Translations under genes and position numbers: made by a program
Part shown: positions 63,784 through 64,000 of the stretch, piece by piece
Layout: every line of letters begins with the position of its first letter
Numbering within the stretch: the stretch's first letter is position 1
Origin: Octopus sinensis
Lineage: Eukaryota
Reading direction: 5' to 3'
Assembly (NCBI RefSeq): GCF_006345805.1
Contig: NC_042998.1
Span: 132,184,001 to 132,248,000, forward strand
Length of the DNA: 64,000 nt
Notes under the pieces: generated by a model
What the model was told of the DNA's origin: nothing
The model's database searches: none
What the model saw: only the letters and a program-made list of their open reading frames with translations

Positions 63784-64000
63784 CACACACATACAGTCAG
63801 GCTCCATTCAGTTTCCCGCTACTAAATCCACTCACAAGGCTTTGGTTGGCCCAAGGTTATGGTGACCCCAGGTGCCATGCATTGGGATTGAACTCAGAAT
63901 CATGTGATTGGGAGGCAAACTTTTTACCACACAGTCATGCCTGATATGAATATATGTAACAAGTAATTAAAGTATCTTTATCTCAAAGGATAAAAGGGAG

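Overview
AT-rich, repeat-saturated eukaryotic DNA. The microsatellite load and the SINE/RTE-LINE repertoire point to an octopus (coleoid cephalopod) genome; this is an inference. I could not support any intact protein-coding gene, rRNA or CRISPR array. Nearly all long ORFs in the track are translated (TA)n/(TATG)n/(CA)n/(TTA)n microsatellites or TE fragments. Recognisable content: several tRNA-derived SINE families, many RTE LINE fragments (APE, RT, 3' UTR), R4/Dong-type RLE LINE ends, a CR1/L2-group end, a DD37D (maT) transposase fragment, mariner, hAT, piggyBac and 8-bp-TSD MITEs, a Gypsy gag-protease remnant with one LTR, and one tRNA-shaped sequence. The most interesting signal is a set of short non-coding elements whose 3' ends abut (TA)n microsatellites and which carry minimal type-I hammerhead ribozyme (HHR) motifs with variant cores (U4C, A6U). 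One lies in a 156-bp palindrome whose second arm lacks exactly the cleavage nucleotide and the stem-I strand. Two others lie in tandem, 243 nt apart. There is also an apparent CpG-retention and TE-content boundary near 17.5 kb.
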